Source: Macrostomum lignano (Eukaryota). From it: DNA of 64,000 nt. Where the stretch lies: positions 1-64,000 of the forward strand of contig NIVC01002707.1 of assembly GCA_002269645.1 (NCBI GenBank), given 5' to 3'. Positions 61,901 through 64,000 of the stretch are shown here, piece after piece. A program made the position numbers and the translations under genes. The first letter of the stretch is position 1. Each line of letters begins with the position of its first letter. The notes below the pieces were generated by a model. That model made no database searches and was not told the origin of the DNA. It saw nothing but the letters and a program-made list of their open reading frames with translations.

Positions 61901-64000
61901 TGTTTCAGGCTTTATCTATCATTTAGATAGTTAATTATCAAGGTGACAGTTGACCACAAGACAGGACATCCTCGCCCTTAGTTGACAGATTCATAATCCT
62001 CAGGCCAGTCTCACTGCATCCTTCATCAATCTACTAAGCCGCTAGAATGCGCGCGTACGTACTGCCTGCTGCCACCCCTACCCAGTCTGCCAAGAGACGA
62101 GGTGGAGAAAGAACGGGAAAAGGAGACACGAGACATAACGGAGTAGGAGGGGCCGGTCAGACAGAGAAGCAAAGCCAGGGACCGCTACTTAGAGAGTCTG
62201 TGGATTAGAGAGAAGCCTACTAGGCTAGACTAGAGACAGGGCCTGTCTGACCCAGCATCGATCTATAAAACCCAGACAGACGTCTAGGAGGGGTTCCGGC
62301 CGGGGAGGGTGGATGGACTGGGACTGGGGAGTGTGTCTGGCTTGTGGGGGTGGGGGCATCGGATCCGATGGGGAAAAATGCTAAAGTGCAAACGAACTGG
62401 CCGAGTGAGTGCGCCTGGTCGGGAATCGGGTTTAGGATTAGGGCGGGGACAGGACAGGGGAGTCCTAAATCTTCACCTTAAATTTTAAGAAACTATTCCG
62501 CTGCCCTATTTAACACCGGCGGAAAAACGGTCTGTTAACGGTAGGAATTCAAAGCCAAATTGTCAGGGGGAATTTCCCAGGGAATTTCCCCTTGGTAGTT
62601 CTACTCTTAGTGAGCATGTTCCCATCCCCCCTCCCAGTGAACGCAAATATCAATAGTTGCAGTGCATTAATCTGTTCCTTTTTGGGAAAGGGGGCACCGC
62701 GCACTAAAATGAGAGCAGATGATCCAGCAGAAGTCGCATCCGTGAGACGCCAACCTGCCCCTAGCAAATAAGACTGGACTCCATTTTTTGTTTTAAAGTT
62801 CAGTTCAGCGAAGAAAGCTGTGGCAAAGTTAACGTCTCAGGGATTTGACTAATCTGCATTGTTGGCTTGTGTAATTTGAGGAAAAAATCGTTTAAGTATT
62901 ATATTAGAGTACAACGTCTACTATACACATGCATGCAGAAAGGTGTGGCTTACCTTTTCGGTCCAGAACTCGGGCCAGACAGACCGAATGACCCAAAGTG
63001 GCACGGCAGAAAAAGCTGTGCCTGCAGCCTGCAGGAAAGTTCTGTAGTTTTTTTGGTTGGTTTGGATTTAAATAAGAAAGAATGGCGGGTGTTAATTCGG
63101 TCTCTCAGTTCGGTCCTTCCCAGCTCTACTTCAGCACGCTCACACCACTGGCATGTCTGTGCCCTGTGGGCCCAGCGCACTTACTCAGCCTAGCTAGAGT
63201 ATCACCAGTATATCTGTAATAGGCTCGGTTTGGGGCGGGTAAGCAGACTCACTAGTGGATTGATCGTTATATAGGTTCCTATTTCTTACCTTCGTATTTC
63301 CTTCCCCTCACCGTATTTCTTCTCTTATAAGCCTTTCTTCACCCTTCTCCAGGAATTGTTAACGCTTTAACGTACTGTATATGAATGTATAGGTTAGTTA
63401 ATATTATGGTGGGGTGGGCCAGTCCAGACGATCCAATGCATCCAATAGGCGGCTTTTAAGGGGCGCGCTTATCTGTGCCCCCACGGGGTCGGCGAAAAGC
63501 TCGCGAGCCAACAACCCCCCCTCCCGCCAGTTCTTTTTTCTAAAAACTCTTAACCAGTCGAGTAAAGTACATGTGCACTCCCAGTCTGTCTGTCTGGGGC
63601 TGTTCTCTTATATAGCCTCGTCCCGAAGCCTCTTGAGTGCAGTTTTTCAAATCCAGTTAGTTCCAAAGCCTAACTTCAACCAAGTTATATTACTTGGTCT
63701 GTGCATTAAATCGGCGGAGAAATTCACACTGGGCTGGGTTGGATGGACTGACTGGTCACGTGACCCTTAAGTTGGAAACCCCTAATGTACATTAACTGAC
63801 TTAGAGGCAGCTTTCAAATTAAGAAGTATGTACAGTTATATTTATACTAATTTATAAGAGCAAATACGAGCTATGTACATGCATTTAGACTTTAACACAA
63901 TCTACGACCCAATTTCGCATAACTACCGGCTTACCCTACCCCCGATTCGCCGATTCCCGATTTGCCGAATTTCCTGATTCGCCGAATTTCCTGATTTGCC

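Noticed and set aside
62568-62589. Two tandem GGGAATTTCC kappaB-like sites
   Set aside because: No gene start nearby in the window. Could be a short local duplication or a transposon subterminal repeat; function unsupported.

Overview
Eukaryotic, intron-containing genomic DNA. GC-rich exons, GT-AG introns, a different short-unit minisatellite in most introns and a divergent peptide-type GPCR suggest a free-living flatworm such as Macrostomum (inference only). Supported genes: two convergent paralogous DUF4062-NACHT-propeller (NWD1/2-like) STAND genes, one partial at 1-2609 (+) and one complete, ~2040 aa, at 19783-26442 (-); a Dpy-30-motif exon; a very divergent beta-like tubulin with no acidic tail; a 6-exon coiled-coil gene; C20orf27/ADISSP; a class A GPCR; a secreted fibrinogen-domain protein; SRPRA; and a multi-exon gene at ~50.8-60.1 kb that may contain ~92 coding copies of a 9-aa repeat. 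Mobile DNA: a LINE remnant, a long-TIR element with a 9-bp TSD, an internally deleted mariner and a 172-bp hairpin MITE. The most interesting signal is in the NACHT pair: a ~480-bp tract is ~97% identical and GC-rich, next to an AT-richer, synonymous-saturated, highly divergent propeller region. This looks like gene-conversion-shaped diversification of a possible innate immune receptor family. All observed frameshifts are single-base losses and may be assembly errors. Gene models and counts were made by eye and need RNA and alignment confirmation.
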